Below are positions 24,074 through 34,600 of a DNA stretch of 62,052 bases, piece by piece. The position numbers and the translations under genes were made by a program. This DNA comes from a virus. Lineage: Duplodnaviria > Caudoviricetes. The DNA is taken from the IMG/VR virus record IMGVR_UViG_3300017766_002106, positions 1 through 62,052 of that record; one strand, 5' to 3'. Position 1 is the first letter of the stretch, and each line of letters starts with the position of its first letter. A model generated the notes under the pieces. The model did no database searches. It was not told the DNA's origin and saw only the letters and a program-made list of their open reading frames with translations.

Positions 24074-27050
24074 ACAGGAATTATTTAAAAAACATTTTTT
24101 AGGTAGAGACGGATTTGTTTGGTGGGTTGGGCAGATTGCCGATGCCAAAATGTGGAAGACCAATCAACCTGGAAAAAGAACTTTAACTAATGCAGATCAT
24201 AAAGGATTTGCTGAAAGATATAGAGTTCGTATTATGGGATACCATACTGCAGACCCAAAGGCACTAACAGATAATGATTTACCTTGGGCAACAATAATGT
24301 ATCCCGTGACTGCAGGTTCTGGAGGAGCAACAGCATCTGAGTCGGCTCAACTTAGACAAGGAACTTTTGTCTTTGGTTTCTTTATGGATGGTGAAGATGG
24401 GCAAGTTCCCGTCATTATGGGAGTTTTGGGGTATAATGAATATACCACAGTAATGCGTAATGTTCCCCCAGTTCCTTTTCTTCCTTTTGATGGATATGAA
24501 AAATTAGATAGAAGATCTCAGCAGGCAATTAAAGAAAAAAAGGAAAAGGTTCAGGCAACTCAAGTAAAACCACCAGGAAGAACTCCTGTAGATCCACAGC
24601 CAACAATTCAACAATCAACAGTAGGTCAAAATCAATCTAATCATTCTGCTCAAGAAGAGTCTCAAAAGAAAGAAGGAAATATTCCAACACCTGAAGCAAA
24701 ACCAAGACGTGATGGTCCCAATCAAATTAAAGGATTGCAAATTGATATTCGTAATCTAGTTCAAAAAGTAGAATTAATTACAAGAGATCTTTCAAAATTT
24801 GGAACAGAACAAAAAGGATTAATTAATAAGTATTCCGAAAAAATACAAAAGGCAATGGATGAGGCAACTAAGTTTGTCTCAGAAAAAGTTAAGTGGATCG
24901 TTAAAGAATTAAGAAAAAATACTGTAGAGAGAGTCAATAATGCAGTAAAAGATACTTATTATTTCTTTTTCCCAAACGAAAGACCTAAAGTAAAAGCAGC
25001 GCAGGATAAAGCATTAAATAAAATTTCTTGTGTTTTTGATAAAGTAGTTAAGGGACTGTTTGGTTTAGTTGGAAAGTTCTTAGGATCCCTTGTAAGTAAA
25101 ATCGTAAATGTTGCTGCTTGCGTTATTGAAAACTTTGTTGGTGGTTTAGTTGGAAAAATAGCAGGATTTCTTTCCGGTGCTCTTGACAATATTTTAAAAC
25201 CTTTAAATTCTCTACTTGGGCTAGTTTCAAGTATAGGTGCAGTGGGAAATTCTTTAAAAGGATTTAGTGGATTTAAAATCGATGCTGTTGCAAATATTTT
25301 TGAGTCAGTTAAATCTTTACGTGGTTTCTTTAGTTGTGAAACAAAACCAGTTTCTCAGGTCACCGATCAATGGAGTATATGGCAAGGTGCAGGTGATAAT
25401 GGAGAGTCTCTTGCAAAATTAAAGTCAGTATTCAATAAAGCAAAGTCAGTTGGAAGTCAAGCTGTTAGTGCCGTAAATCAAGTTACTTCACTTGGAGATT
25501 CCATTGGAAGTTCATTAAAGAGTCTAGATTTTTCGGATTTATTTGAGGATACTTGTAATGTTGGTGCAATATTATGTGGACCACCGAAAGTTTCCTTTTT
25601 TGGGGGTGGAGGTTTTGGGGCAGCAGCAAATGCTATTGTAAGTGCATCTGGAGATATTATTGGAGTTGATATGATTAGCCCTGGATCTGGTTATATTGAT
25701 GCTCCCTTTGTTTCTTTTAGTGACCCTTGCGGAAAGGGTAGGGGTGCAGTAGGAAAAGTAGTTTTGAATAACTTTAATAAGGGTGGATCCGGAACAGGAC
25801 TTGGTTTAGATTCCACTCTCATTAACTTAGCTAATCAAAATAATTTTTGGTCTGGGGACGAAAATCTAGCATTGTTTGATCAGATTTCAAATTCAACTAA
25901 TTTGGATCCAAATTCTTCGGCAGGAGGAACTGGAACTGACGGAACTGGAACAGGAACTGGTGGAACTGGAACTGGAACTGACGGAACTGGAACAGGAACT
26001 GACGGAACTGGAACAGGAACTGGTGGAACTGGAACTCCGAATAATGATAATATCATTGGAGTCCCTATAGAAATATCTTTAGGTTCTTCTGGAATTGATT
26101 ATGAAAATTCTTCAAATGTTTCTACAATAGGAGGATCTGGAACTGGTCTGACAGTCAATATAGAAACTGAGGATGATATTAATCTAGATGAAGATGATGC
26201 AATAGGTGGAGCAATTGTTAGTATTTCGATTTATGATCCTGGAGTTGATTATAAGGTCGGGGATATTGTAAGTATTGAAGGTGGTAGTGGAGGAACATTC
26301 AGAATTGATAAAGTTGAAGGTCCAGCATCTGGGATTGCTGTAAATTCTCAGACTCCATCTGCAGGGGGAATAGCAAGGGTTATTATTATAGATCCTGGAA
26401 CTGGATATTTACCTGCTCCCGATGGTGATACTGGTGGGGAAGGAAGAATATGGAAAACAAAAGATCAAACAGAGGTGAGGAGATCAACTTTAGATTATGA
26501 TAGACCTTATGACCCAGGTCAAACTATTAATTTAAATCCAGGAGATACAGTCAATCTTCCAATAGGATCTTCGGAAACTATTTCTGATGTAAATGGAAAT
26601 ATTCTTGAAGTTATTCCTGGAGGTTCTCCATATACTGTTTCTAACTCAGGAACAATTACTGCTCCTGTTGGAATTCAGACCTCTATCATACCAGAATCTC
26701 CTACATTATCTAATGGACAGTATCCTGTGATATTGGAACTTGAAGAAGTTTATGTAAAAAATTCTGGATTTGAGTATAGCCCAGAAGATAAGATTGTTAT
26801 GGAACCAAATCTAGGTGCAATTTTAGAACCAATTTTTAATGATGTTGGAGCCCTACTTGGAGTTAATATTGTGAGAGGTGCTGAAGGATTTACTGAGATG
26901 CCTGAAATTTTCATTGAAACTGAGACTGGTTATAATGCAGAATTGGTTCCAGTATTCAAGGTAAATAGAGTTGGAGATAATATTGATGTTATGAGTCCTT
27001 CCTTGGGAGAGAAAGTAATTTCAGTTATTGATTGTGTAGGTAAATTCTAA
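24066..27050 (+). CDS. gp5: Baseplate hub/central spike protein gp5 (N-terminal OB domain; no lysozyme domain recognised)
   Basis: FVWWVGQI, RYRVRIMGYH, LPWA, VFGFFMDGEDGQVPVIMG. Confidence 0.85.
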   Translation: MIEQELFKKHFLGRDGFVWWVGQIADAKMWKTNQPGKRTLTNADHKGFAERYRVRIMGYHTADPKALTDNDLPWATIMYPVTAGSGGATASESAQLRQGTFVFGFFMDGEDGQVPVIMGVLGYNEYTTVMRNVPPVPFLPFDGYEKLDRRSQQAIKEKKEKVQATQVKPPGRTPVDPQPTIQQSTVGQNQSNHSAQEESQKKEGNIPTPEAKPRRDGPNQIKGLQIDIRNLVQKVELITRDLSKFGTEQKGLINKYSEKIQKAMDEATKFVSEKVKWIVKELRKNTVERVNNAVKDTYYFFFPNERPKVKAAQDKALNKISCVFDKVVKGLFGLVGKFLGSLVSKIVNVAACVIENFVGGLVGKIAGFLSGALDNILKPLNSLLGLVSSIGAVGNSLKGFSGFKIDAVANIFESVKSLRGFFSCETKPVSQVTDQWSIWQGAGDNGESLAKLKSVFNKAKSVGSQAVSAVNQVTSLGDSIGSSLKSLDFSDLFEDTCNVGAILCGPPKVSFFGGGGFGAAANAIVSASGDIIGVDMISPGSGYIDAPFVSFSDPCGKGRGAVGKVVLNNFNKGGSGTGLGLDSTLINLANQNNFWSGDENLALFDQISNSTNLDPNSSAGGTGTDGTGTGTGGTGTGTDGTGTGTDGTGTGTGGTGTPNNDNIIGVPIEISLGSSGIDYENSSNVSTIGGSGTGLTVNIETEDDINLDEDDAIGGAIVSISIYDPGVDYKVGDIVSIEGGSGGTFRIDKVEGPASGIAVNSQTPSAGGIARVIIIDPGTGYLPAPDGDTGGEGRIWKTKDQTEVRRSTLDYDRPYDPGQTINLNPGDTVNLPIGSSETISDVNGNILEVIPGGSPYTVSNSGTITAPVGIQTSIIPESPTLSNGQYPVILELEEVYVKNSGFEYSPEDKIVMEPNLGAILEPIFNDVGALLGVNIVRGAEGFTEMPEIFIETETGYNAELVPVFKVNRVGDNIDVMSPSLGEKVISVIDCVGKF
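25926..26036 (+). repeat. Gly-Thr coding repeat in gp5
   Basis: Arrays of ggaact/ggaaca encoding GTGTDGTGTGTGG. Confidence 0.9.
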
Positions 27051-27634
27051 TGGCAGAAAAGAAAAATTATCACGCTCATAGAAAGGGCACTAAAGATAGT
27101 GAGACTAAGAGAGGGCATATTCATAACGATAATGTCCTTTCTGCTTATATGGTAAGAAGTGGATATGATTATCGTCATTATATGACAATGGATGCAGATG
27201 CTCATAGAACTGGATGGACGATCCTTAGATGCCCTGGAGCATTTAATGTTAAGGCAGGTGATGATATTCCATATAATTCAAATTCAATTTATTTTGAAGC
27301 AATTAATGGTGATATTGTTTTAAAAGCAAAGAATGGAAGAATTAAACTTGATGCTGAAAATATACAATTGATTGCTAAAGGTGGTAGTAATAAAACTGGA
27401 ACAATTCTTTTAGAGTCTAACGAAGATATTACATTAAACTCTAAGAATATTAGATTGAATGCAGACTCAGTGTGTAAGTTCTTCTCTTCTGGATCGATGC
27501 AAATAGTAGCAGATGCTTCTATGGACATTTATGCAGGTCTAGCCGATTGTGCTACAGGAGCTTGTAAAATTAAAAAATCCAAATATCCATCCAAAATTGC
27601 AAAGATACATAATAAAGGAAACTTTGTAGTTTAA
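27050..27634 (+). CDS. Probable gp5 C-terminal beta-helix (spike) encoded separately
   Basis: Periodic beta-strand pattern GDIVLKAKNGRIKLDAENIQLIA...ITLNSKNIRLNA; TAATG-coupled to gp5. Confidence 0.55.
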   Translation: MAEKKNYHAHRKGTKDSETKRGHIHNDNVLSAYMVRSGYDYRHYMTMDADAHRTGWTILRCPGAFNVKAGDDIPYNSNSIYFEAINGDIVLKAKNGRIKLDAENIQLIAKGGSNKTGTILLESNEDITLNSKNIRLNADSVCKFFSSGSMQIVADASMDIYAGLADCATGACKIKKSKYPSKIAKIHNKGNFVV

Positions 27635-27641
27635 TATAGAA

Positions 27642-28430
27642 ATGGCATTTTCTTTCGATGATATTGCTATAGGAAAAAGATTTTTCCTTGGATTTGGAAA
27701 ACCTGAAATTTTAGGAAGAGGTCCGGCAGAAATTCGTGGATCTATGTTTGCTGAAGGTCCTGCTATTTTTGGAAACGCTACGGCATTTCCTTCTATTTGG
27801 GCAACTGTAATGATTGGTCCAAATAAGAATAGAGATTCACCTCCTTGCGTAATTCCTGGAAATTTAGCTGCTTGTGGGGGAGTCAATAATTCCCCATACT
27901 CCCTTGCAGTCAAAGGAAATGCTGCGATTTTTAATCATTTGGACGTTTCCAGAAATATTACTGCAGGAACTAATATTTTCGCGGGGGGAAATATTAGAGC
28001 ACAGGGGGATGTTGTTTCTCATTGTGGTGGGCATCGTTTATCTAATAAGAAAAACTTTGACATTCCTCACCCATCAAAACAAGGTTGGAGATTAAGACAC
28101 ACTTGTCCAGAAAGTCCTTCCAATGATGTTTATATTCGTGGTAGAGTTAAAAATAAAACTACAATCGATCTTCCAGATTATTGGAAAGATTTTGTAGATA
28201 TTAAAAATATCACTGTTACATTGACTCCAATTGGTTCTCACCAAAGTGTAATCGTAAAGAGTTGGGATAATGAAAAAGTTTATCTCCAATCAAATGGTGG
28301 TTTGCCAATCGATTGTTTCTACACAATCTATGCAGAAAGAATTGATGGCGATAAGTTAATTCCTGAGTATAAAGGATTGACACCTGATGAATATCCAGGA
28401 GATAATGGTGAATATAATATTAACACTTAA
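27642..28430 (+). CDS. Tail/baseplate-associated protein with conserved C-terminal domain
   Basis: KNFDIPHP...LRHTCPESP...VYIRG...IDLPDYW...VTLTPIG...YAERID. Confidence 0.6.
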   Translation: MAFSFDDIAIGKRFFLGFGKPEILGRGPAEIRGSMFAEGPAIFGNATAFPSIWATVMIGPNKNRDSPPCVIPGNLAACGGVNNSPYSLAVKGNAAIFNHLDVSRNITAGTNIFAGGNIRAQGDVVSHCGGHRLSNKKNFDIPHPSKQGWRLRHTCPESPSNDVYIRGRVKNKTTIDLPDYWKDFVDIKNITVTLTPIGSHQSVIVKSWDNEKVYLQSNGGLPIDCFYTIYAERIDGDKLIPEYKGLTPDEYPGDNGEYNINT

Positions 28431-28433
28431 TAT

Positions 28434-29102
28434 ATGAAGGTCCACGAAGTTTTTCCCATAGTTGTTGCTCAAGACGAAATAGACGTTCATCCAGAATTTA
28501 AAACCAAATACTTCGAAGAACTTAAAACTCTTTGGTTTAATGGATATGAAAATGAGACTCCTGAAAATTCTGGGAGATCTGCCCTTCATTTAAATCCAAA
28601 CTATAAGTTTTTCTTTGAGTCATTAAAAAGATCTGTTATTAAGTATCTTGATTTGATGGAAGTTGATTCCCATAAATTAAGTTTTCATATTACTAAATCT
28701 TGGATTGGATATCATAACAAAGATATACCACAACTAAAACCACATACTCATAATGCTTCTGATATTTCTTTTTGTTATTATTTTTCTTCAGATGAATCTT
28801 CAGATAAATTCTGTGTTCATAACAAAGAAAACTTGAATGAGGTTTCAGATGCTCTCTTTGAAACCAGTAATAAATATAATTTGATTAGAAAGTTTAATCG
28901 ATACAACTGTGATTATTATACAATTACCCCTCACGAAGGAACGGTTGTTATATTTCCCAGTAAATTAATTCACTCAACTTTAAAGAAGGATAATTTAACT
29001 GATAGATATGTAATAGCAGGTGACATTAAACTCTGTTTAAAAGAAGAATATAAATTATATCATCAGACGCTGCCTCACCCAAATCAATGGTTGTCATTTT
29101 AA
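28434..29102 (+). CDS. 2OG-Fe(II) oxygenase superfamily protein
   Basis: SW, PHTH..SDISFCYY, PHEGTVVIFPSKLIHS, R.VIAG. Confidence 0.8.
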   Translation: MKVHEVFPIVVAQDEIDVHPEFKTKYFEELKTLWFNGYENETPENSGRSALHLNPNYKFFFESLKRSVIKYLDLMEVDSHKLSFHITKSWIGYHNKDIPQLKPHTHNASDISFCYYFSSDESSDKFCVHNKENLNEVSDALFETSNKYNLIRKFNRYNCDYYTITPHEGTVVIFPSKLIHSTLKKDNLTDRYVIAGDIKLCLKEEYKLYHQTLPHPNQWLSF

Positions 29103-29113
29103 GGAATTAAATT

Positions 29114-31609
29114 ATGAATGAAGAAGAATATCTTGCTATGCTATTGGAACAACAACTTGTTCCAGAAACTGCCCCACCAGATCCACTACCAGCAATAGTG
29201 CAAGATGTCTTCTTTAATGTTGACAACGAGACAGGAACTGTTGGTATTGGAACTTCTCAGGCAATAGGTGCAAGAGTTCATATTATTTCAAGAGATCCTT
29301 TCCCTGCTGTTAGGATTTTACAGAAAGGAACTGGTGATGTTCTTTTAATTGATAATAAAGATATTGCTGATCAGAATGATCCTCCACGAATCCCTTATTT
29401 TAATTTAAAGAATGATGGAAAGATTGGAATTGGAACCACCCTCCCTCTTTCTGAAATTCATTTAATCACAGATAAAGAAGCAAGTAATATTTTAATTGGG
29501 GATCTTCCAGGTTCTCGTTCTAGTACAGATTCTGGAATGACATTTTCTGGACTGGCAAATACTGTTACTTCTGGATTATTTACTGAAGTTGATGGATTGT
29601 TAGTTAGCTTGGCAGCAAACGTTTCTCAGGTTGGTGTTGTAGATACGAGTCGAGTTGGTGGACTAGTTCGTATTGATACTCGTAGAAGAGATGAACTTGC
29701 AGTTGATCCAAATATTCCAGGAGATTATAGTTCTTTCACCGTAAAAGGAGTTCCAATCGGTATAGGTTCTACTTCAGAATACAATGTATTAACTGCAAAT
29801 CTTGATACTGGAGATATTAATATTGCACCACAAAAGGGAGAAGTATATGTAGGTGCATATTCTTCTGTCACATCTGTTGGTATTGGAACAACTGCTATAG
29901 ATGATCAATATAGACTTTATGTTTATGGAAATACTGGAATCGCAGGAACATTGTCTCTTCCAGATTATTCTAAAATAACTGTTGGAGTTTCAAGTGATCT
30001 TTCAATATACCACGATCCTGTAACAAACAATAGTTATATACTTGAAAATAATCCAGCAGGAAATTTGGTGATTGCTGGAGATAATATTGAATTTAAAGAT
30101 ACTTCATTAACAGAAAATTATGCAGTCTTTACAACTAATGGTTCAGTAGAACTATACTATGATAATGTTAAGAAATTAGAAACTACTCTAGATGGTGTCT
30201 TTATTGGTGCTTTAGGTTTCTCAACAACTGGAATTATAAGCGGTCCTCAAGAAATTATTATAGATCCTGCAGTAGTTGGAGATGACACTGGAATCGTAAG
30301 AATCAAGGGAGATCTTTATGTAGATGGTGGAACTACTCAGATCTATTCTACCGTCGTTATGATTGCCGATGCTAGAGTTGGAATTGCGACTACAATTTCT
30401 ACTGATAATGTTTTATTGGATGATGCGGGTATTGAAATTGGTATTGGAACAATTCAGAAAAAATTTACTTATAATTACTCATCAGATTCTTTAAGATCGA
30501 CAGAAAACATTAATATTTTCCCCATTGATAAGGTATATAAAATAGACGGAAATACTGTTCTAAGTATATCAACAGTTGGAACTTCTGTTACAACTTCTTT
30601 CTTAGAGGAAGTAGGAGTATTGCAAAGGTTAAGAGTTAGTGGTCTATCAACTCTAACTGATCTTTATGTGAGTGGAGTTGCAACTGTTCCGAATCTTGAT
30701 GTTAATAATTTAAATTTACCTTCTGGAATTGCAACAATTGGATATGCAACTATTACTTCTGCATCCATAGGTTTTGCCACAATTGGATTTGGTTCAATAC
30801 GGAATTTAATTGTTCCTACAACTGGAATTGCAACGATTGGGGTTGTAAGTATTGGTATTGCAACTATCAATGATGCAAGAATTACAAATTTATCAGTAGG
30901 GACTACTGATGGCACTCCTTTTGGGCAGGTTGGAATTTTAACAATTGGAGCACTTTCACCATTTGGTCAATTTGGTGGTGGGTTTATAGGTTCTGAGTCT
31001 CAAGTTTTAGTTGCAACTGGAAGTTCATATTTTAACGATACCGGAATTGGTATAAGTTGGTCAGAATTTTCTCTTTCTGCTATTGGAGGAACGACTGGTA
31101 TTGCTATCACGGCAGTTGATCCTCTCACAGATACTAGAGAATTCTATTTACCTGGAGTTCCTACGGACGAAGTAGATGCTGCAGTTGGTGGAGTTGCTAT
31201 TGCGGCAACAATGTATGCTGGAGGATTGAAATATAGTCCATCAACTAGAACATTATCAGATTTAAATGGCAATTTCAGAGCAATTCCGCCAAGAGATCCA
31301 ATACCAGAAGTAACTCCTACAAATATTACATCAGCAGACGTTGGTAAATGTAGAATAGTTCTTAGTAATATTGCGATACAGAATGGAGATTTCCAAGTTG
31401 GAGATGCAGTTACAATCGTAAACAGAAATACTGTCACCATTAGTATTCAGGCTGGAGGATCTACACTTATTTTGGGTGCTCAAAATAGTAATACATCATC
31501 AAATAGAAACTTATCGAGAAATGGTATTGCCACTTTATTATGTGTTGACCGACAACCCGCTGGTGGTGGATTTACTAATACATTTTTAATTTCTGGAGTG
31601 GGATTATAA
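29114..31609 (+). CDS. Tail fibre-like protein
   Basis: VGIGT/GIATIG repeats, GSVELYYDNVKKLETT; C-terminal domain ending FLISGVGL. Confidence 0.7.
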   Translation: MNEEEYLAMLLEQQLVPETAPPDPLPAIVQDVFFNVDNETGTVGIGTSQAIGARVHIISRDPFPAVRILQKGTGDVLLIDNKDIADQNDPPRIPYFNLKNDGKIGIGTTLPLSEIHLITDKEASNILIGDLPGSRSSTDSGMTFSGLANTVTSGLFTEVDGLLVSLAANVSQVGVVDTSRVGGLVRIDTRRRDELAVDPNIPGDYSSFTVKGVPIGIGSTSEYNVLTANLDTGDINIAPQKGEVYVGAYSSVTSVGIGTTAIDDQYRLYVYGNTGIAGTLSLPDYSKITVGVSSDLSIYHDPVTNNSYILENNPAGNLVIAGDNIEFKDTSLTENYAVFTTNGSVELYYDNVKKLETTLDGVFIGALGFSTTGIISGPQEIIIDPAVVGDDTGIVRIKGDLYVDGGTTQIYSTVVMIADARVGIATTISTDNVLLDDAGIEIGIGTIQKKFTYNYSSDSLRSTENINIFPIDKVYKIDGNTVLSISTVGTSVTTSFLEEVGVLQRLRVSGLSTLTDLYVSGVATVPNLDVNNLNLPSGIATIGYATITSASIGFATIGFGSIRNLIVPTTGIATIGVVSIGIATINDARITNLSVGTTDGTPFGQVGILTIGALSPFGQFGGGFIGSESQVLVATGSSYFNDTGIGISWSEFSLSAIGGTTGIAITAVDPLTDTREFYLPGVPTDEVDAAVGGVAIAATMYAGGLKYSPSTRTLSDLNGNFRAIPPRDPIPEVTPTNITSADVGKCRIVLSNIAIQNGDFQVGDAVTIVNRNTVTISIQAGGSTLILGAQNSNTSSNRNLSRNGIATLLCVDRQPAGGGFTNTFLISGVGL

Positions 31610-31611
31610 TT

Positions 31612-34600
31612 ATGTCCATCATTCAAATGCTATTCACTGGCGGTGGAACTTTCTTGACTAACGAATTTAATACTACAGCAAATGCTAAACCATTTACTAC
31701 AGTAATCCCTTTCGTAGAAAGTAATTTTCTTGTTCCTACCGGGGTTTCTAACATTACTGCACAGGTATGGGGTGGTGGAGGAGCTTCTGGTTCTTGTTAT
31801 TTTGGAACCAGTGGTGCCGGTGGTGGAGGCGGATACGTTTCTGCAACTATCCCTGTAACTGATTTAGGCATTACTGCTCTTACTATAAGAGCAGGTGGTG
31901 GTGGAGGAAATCCAGATTATTATAATCGACCTATAGATGAATATTTGGAATTTAATAGGGCAACTATTTCTCATATTGGATCATCAGGTGCTTCAAGTAA
32001 TGCAACTTATTCTACAATCACTCCAGTAGCAGGAGCAACTGCAAGTTCTGTAAGTAATGTCACTTATTCTACGATTTCTCAAGTAGCAGGGGCAGATGTA
32101 AGTTCTATAAGTAGTCCAACTTATAATACTGTTACATATGTCGATTCTGTTTCTAATACCAATGTAACATCATTAACTATTCCCGCTGGAGTATTGCAAG
32201 TTGGGGATGTTATTTTAGTTGCTTCTGTTTGTGCGACTGGAACTACTCCACAAAATAATCCAAATACCCCCACAGGTTACACTATATTAGAAAATGCAAC
32301 CGTAACTGGAAATGTTAATTATAAATTATCTTATCGAAGAGTTACTAATACAAATATAGATTCTTTAATAGATGGATTGAGTGATATTACTACAGACAAT
32401 TCTGGCGGCGGGGGCGCTGATTTTATTGTAGCCCACACTGCTTCAATTTTCCGCAATGTTATAGGTGTGGGAGATCCAATTACAAGTCTATTTACTTCTA
32501 CGGGAACATCAACGTCAATAGATCCACCTCTAATTACTCCAGAGACACCAAATTATATGTCTGTGGCTTTTGGTTTTCATAATGATAGAAGTATAACTCC
32601 TACAGGAATACCTGCAGGATACACACAAACAGTAGTTCAGGCAGTTGGAACTAATGCCAATGCTACCGATGAAGCAACGATAATGGTTGCTCATAGATCT
32701 TTGACTACCAGTGCCCAAGAAAATCCAGGAGCATTCACTGTTCCAGATCCAGAGAATTATGTTGCTATTACAGTTGGTCTAATGCCAACAAAAACTTTAT
32801 CCACAATTAGTGGGTCTATGACTCTTTCTGGATTACAGGAAAATGACATTGTTCTAGTTTCTTCAGTATCTGATGGGGGGACTATGAATCTTCCTACAGG
32901 ATTTAATAATCTATCAAACGCAACTGGTGCTACAAATCTTCCCGCCTATAGAATTTCTTGGAAAAGAGTTACAGCAGCTGAATTGTCTCTTGGATCATTA
33001 ACTATAGGTGGATTAAGCACATCAGGATTAATAATTGGAGGGCAAGCAAATAATCAACCTGCAGGAGTTGCTCATTATGCGACTGCCTTTCGTGATGTTT
33101 CTACTACCTCAGATCCAACATTTACAGTATCTATTGGAACTCCAACAGGAAACCCAGACTCACCTTCTATTACTACTACAACAGCTAATCACGCAATATT
33201 ATCTTTTGGTTTCTTAAACAATAGAAGTCTTTCTACAGTTACGGCACCAACAGGATACACCTTATTGAATAATGGCGTTAATGTAGTTGGAAGCGATGGG
33301 TTAGGAATAACAGAAGCAACATCAGTGTCTGCTTTTAGAAATCTAACCACAACTCTGACAGAAAACCCAGGAGCATTTACCGTTACTGGATCAGGTGCTG
33401 GAGCAAACTATGCTGCTGTTACAGTGGCATTATCTCCCGTAAGAACCTTATCTACGATCACAGGGACTATGTCCCTCACTGGATTACAAGCAGATGATAT
33501 TGTTTTAGTTTCTTCAGTATCTGATGGGGGAACTATGAGTCTTCCTACAGGTTTTACCAATATATCAAATTCAGGTGCAGGTGCTTCTCCAGCATATAGG
33601 GTTTCTTGGAGAAGAGTAGTAACTGGTGATGCAGGTTCATTAACCATAAGTAACTTAAGTTTATCGGGAACAACAACTGGGGGTCTTACTGCTGGAGTTG
33701 CTCATTACGCGACTGCTTTTCGTGGAGCTGATCCAACTGCTTTAACTCCATTTATTAATGCCACATCTACGGGAACTGGAAATCCAGATTCTCCTACTGT
33801 TAGCCCTTTGCCGACAGTTAATTACACTGCAGTATCTTTTGGTTTCTTAAACAATACTGGTTTTCCTACAATTAGCCCACCAACAAGTTATACACAACTT
33901 TCGTCTCTTGCGGTTTCTGATGATACTCCAGGAACTGAAGCAACATCAATGATTGCTTATAGAACATCACTTTCAAGTGGTGCTGCTGGAGAAAATCCAG
34001 GAGCATTTACTGTTACTGGAATAGGTGGAGAAAATTATGCCGCCGTTACAGTTGCACTGAGACCTTATCTATTACCATCTGCAACTGATTTGAGTGTCTT
34101 AACATTGCCTGGTGGTATTCAGGAGCACGATATTATTTTAGTTGCCTCAGTATCTGATGGTGGAATATTAGCAACTCCATCAGGATATTCTTCATTAGCA
34201 TCTCAGACAGGTAATGGCACTCCTTCATATCAAGTTTCTTGGAAAAGAGTGACAGCAACAATAGATACTCAAATAACAGGATTGAGTGCATCAGGTCAAA
34301 TTGATGGTGGAGATGGAGATGGCACACCTGCTGGTATTGCTCATATTGCCTCAGTTTATAGGGGTACTTCCTTAACAACAAATCCGACAGTCTCAATCAA
34401 TAATGGTAATGGGGTCCCAGACCCTCAGCAAATTACAGGTCTTCCTGTTGGCGCTGGAGTTGTTCCTTTTGGATTTTTAGATAATAGAAGTATTTCAGAT
34501 GCTAATATTACAGCCCCCACAACACCCAGTGCATATACAAAAACAATAACCAGAGCAGTTGGTCAAGATAATAATGGTGATGATGAAGCAACTGTAATGT

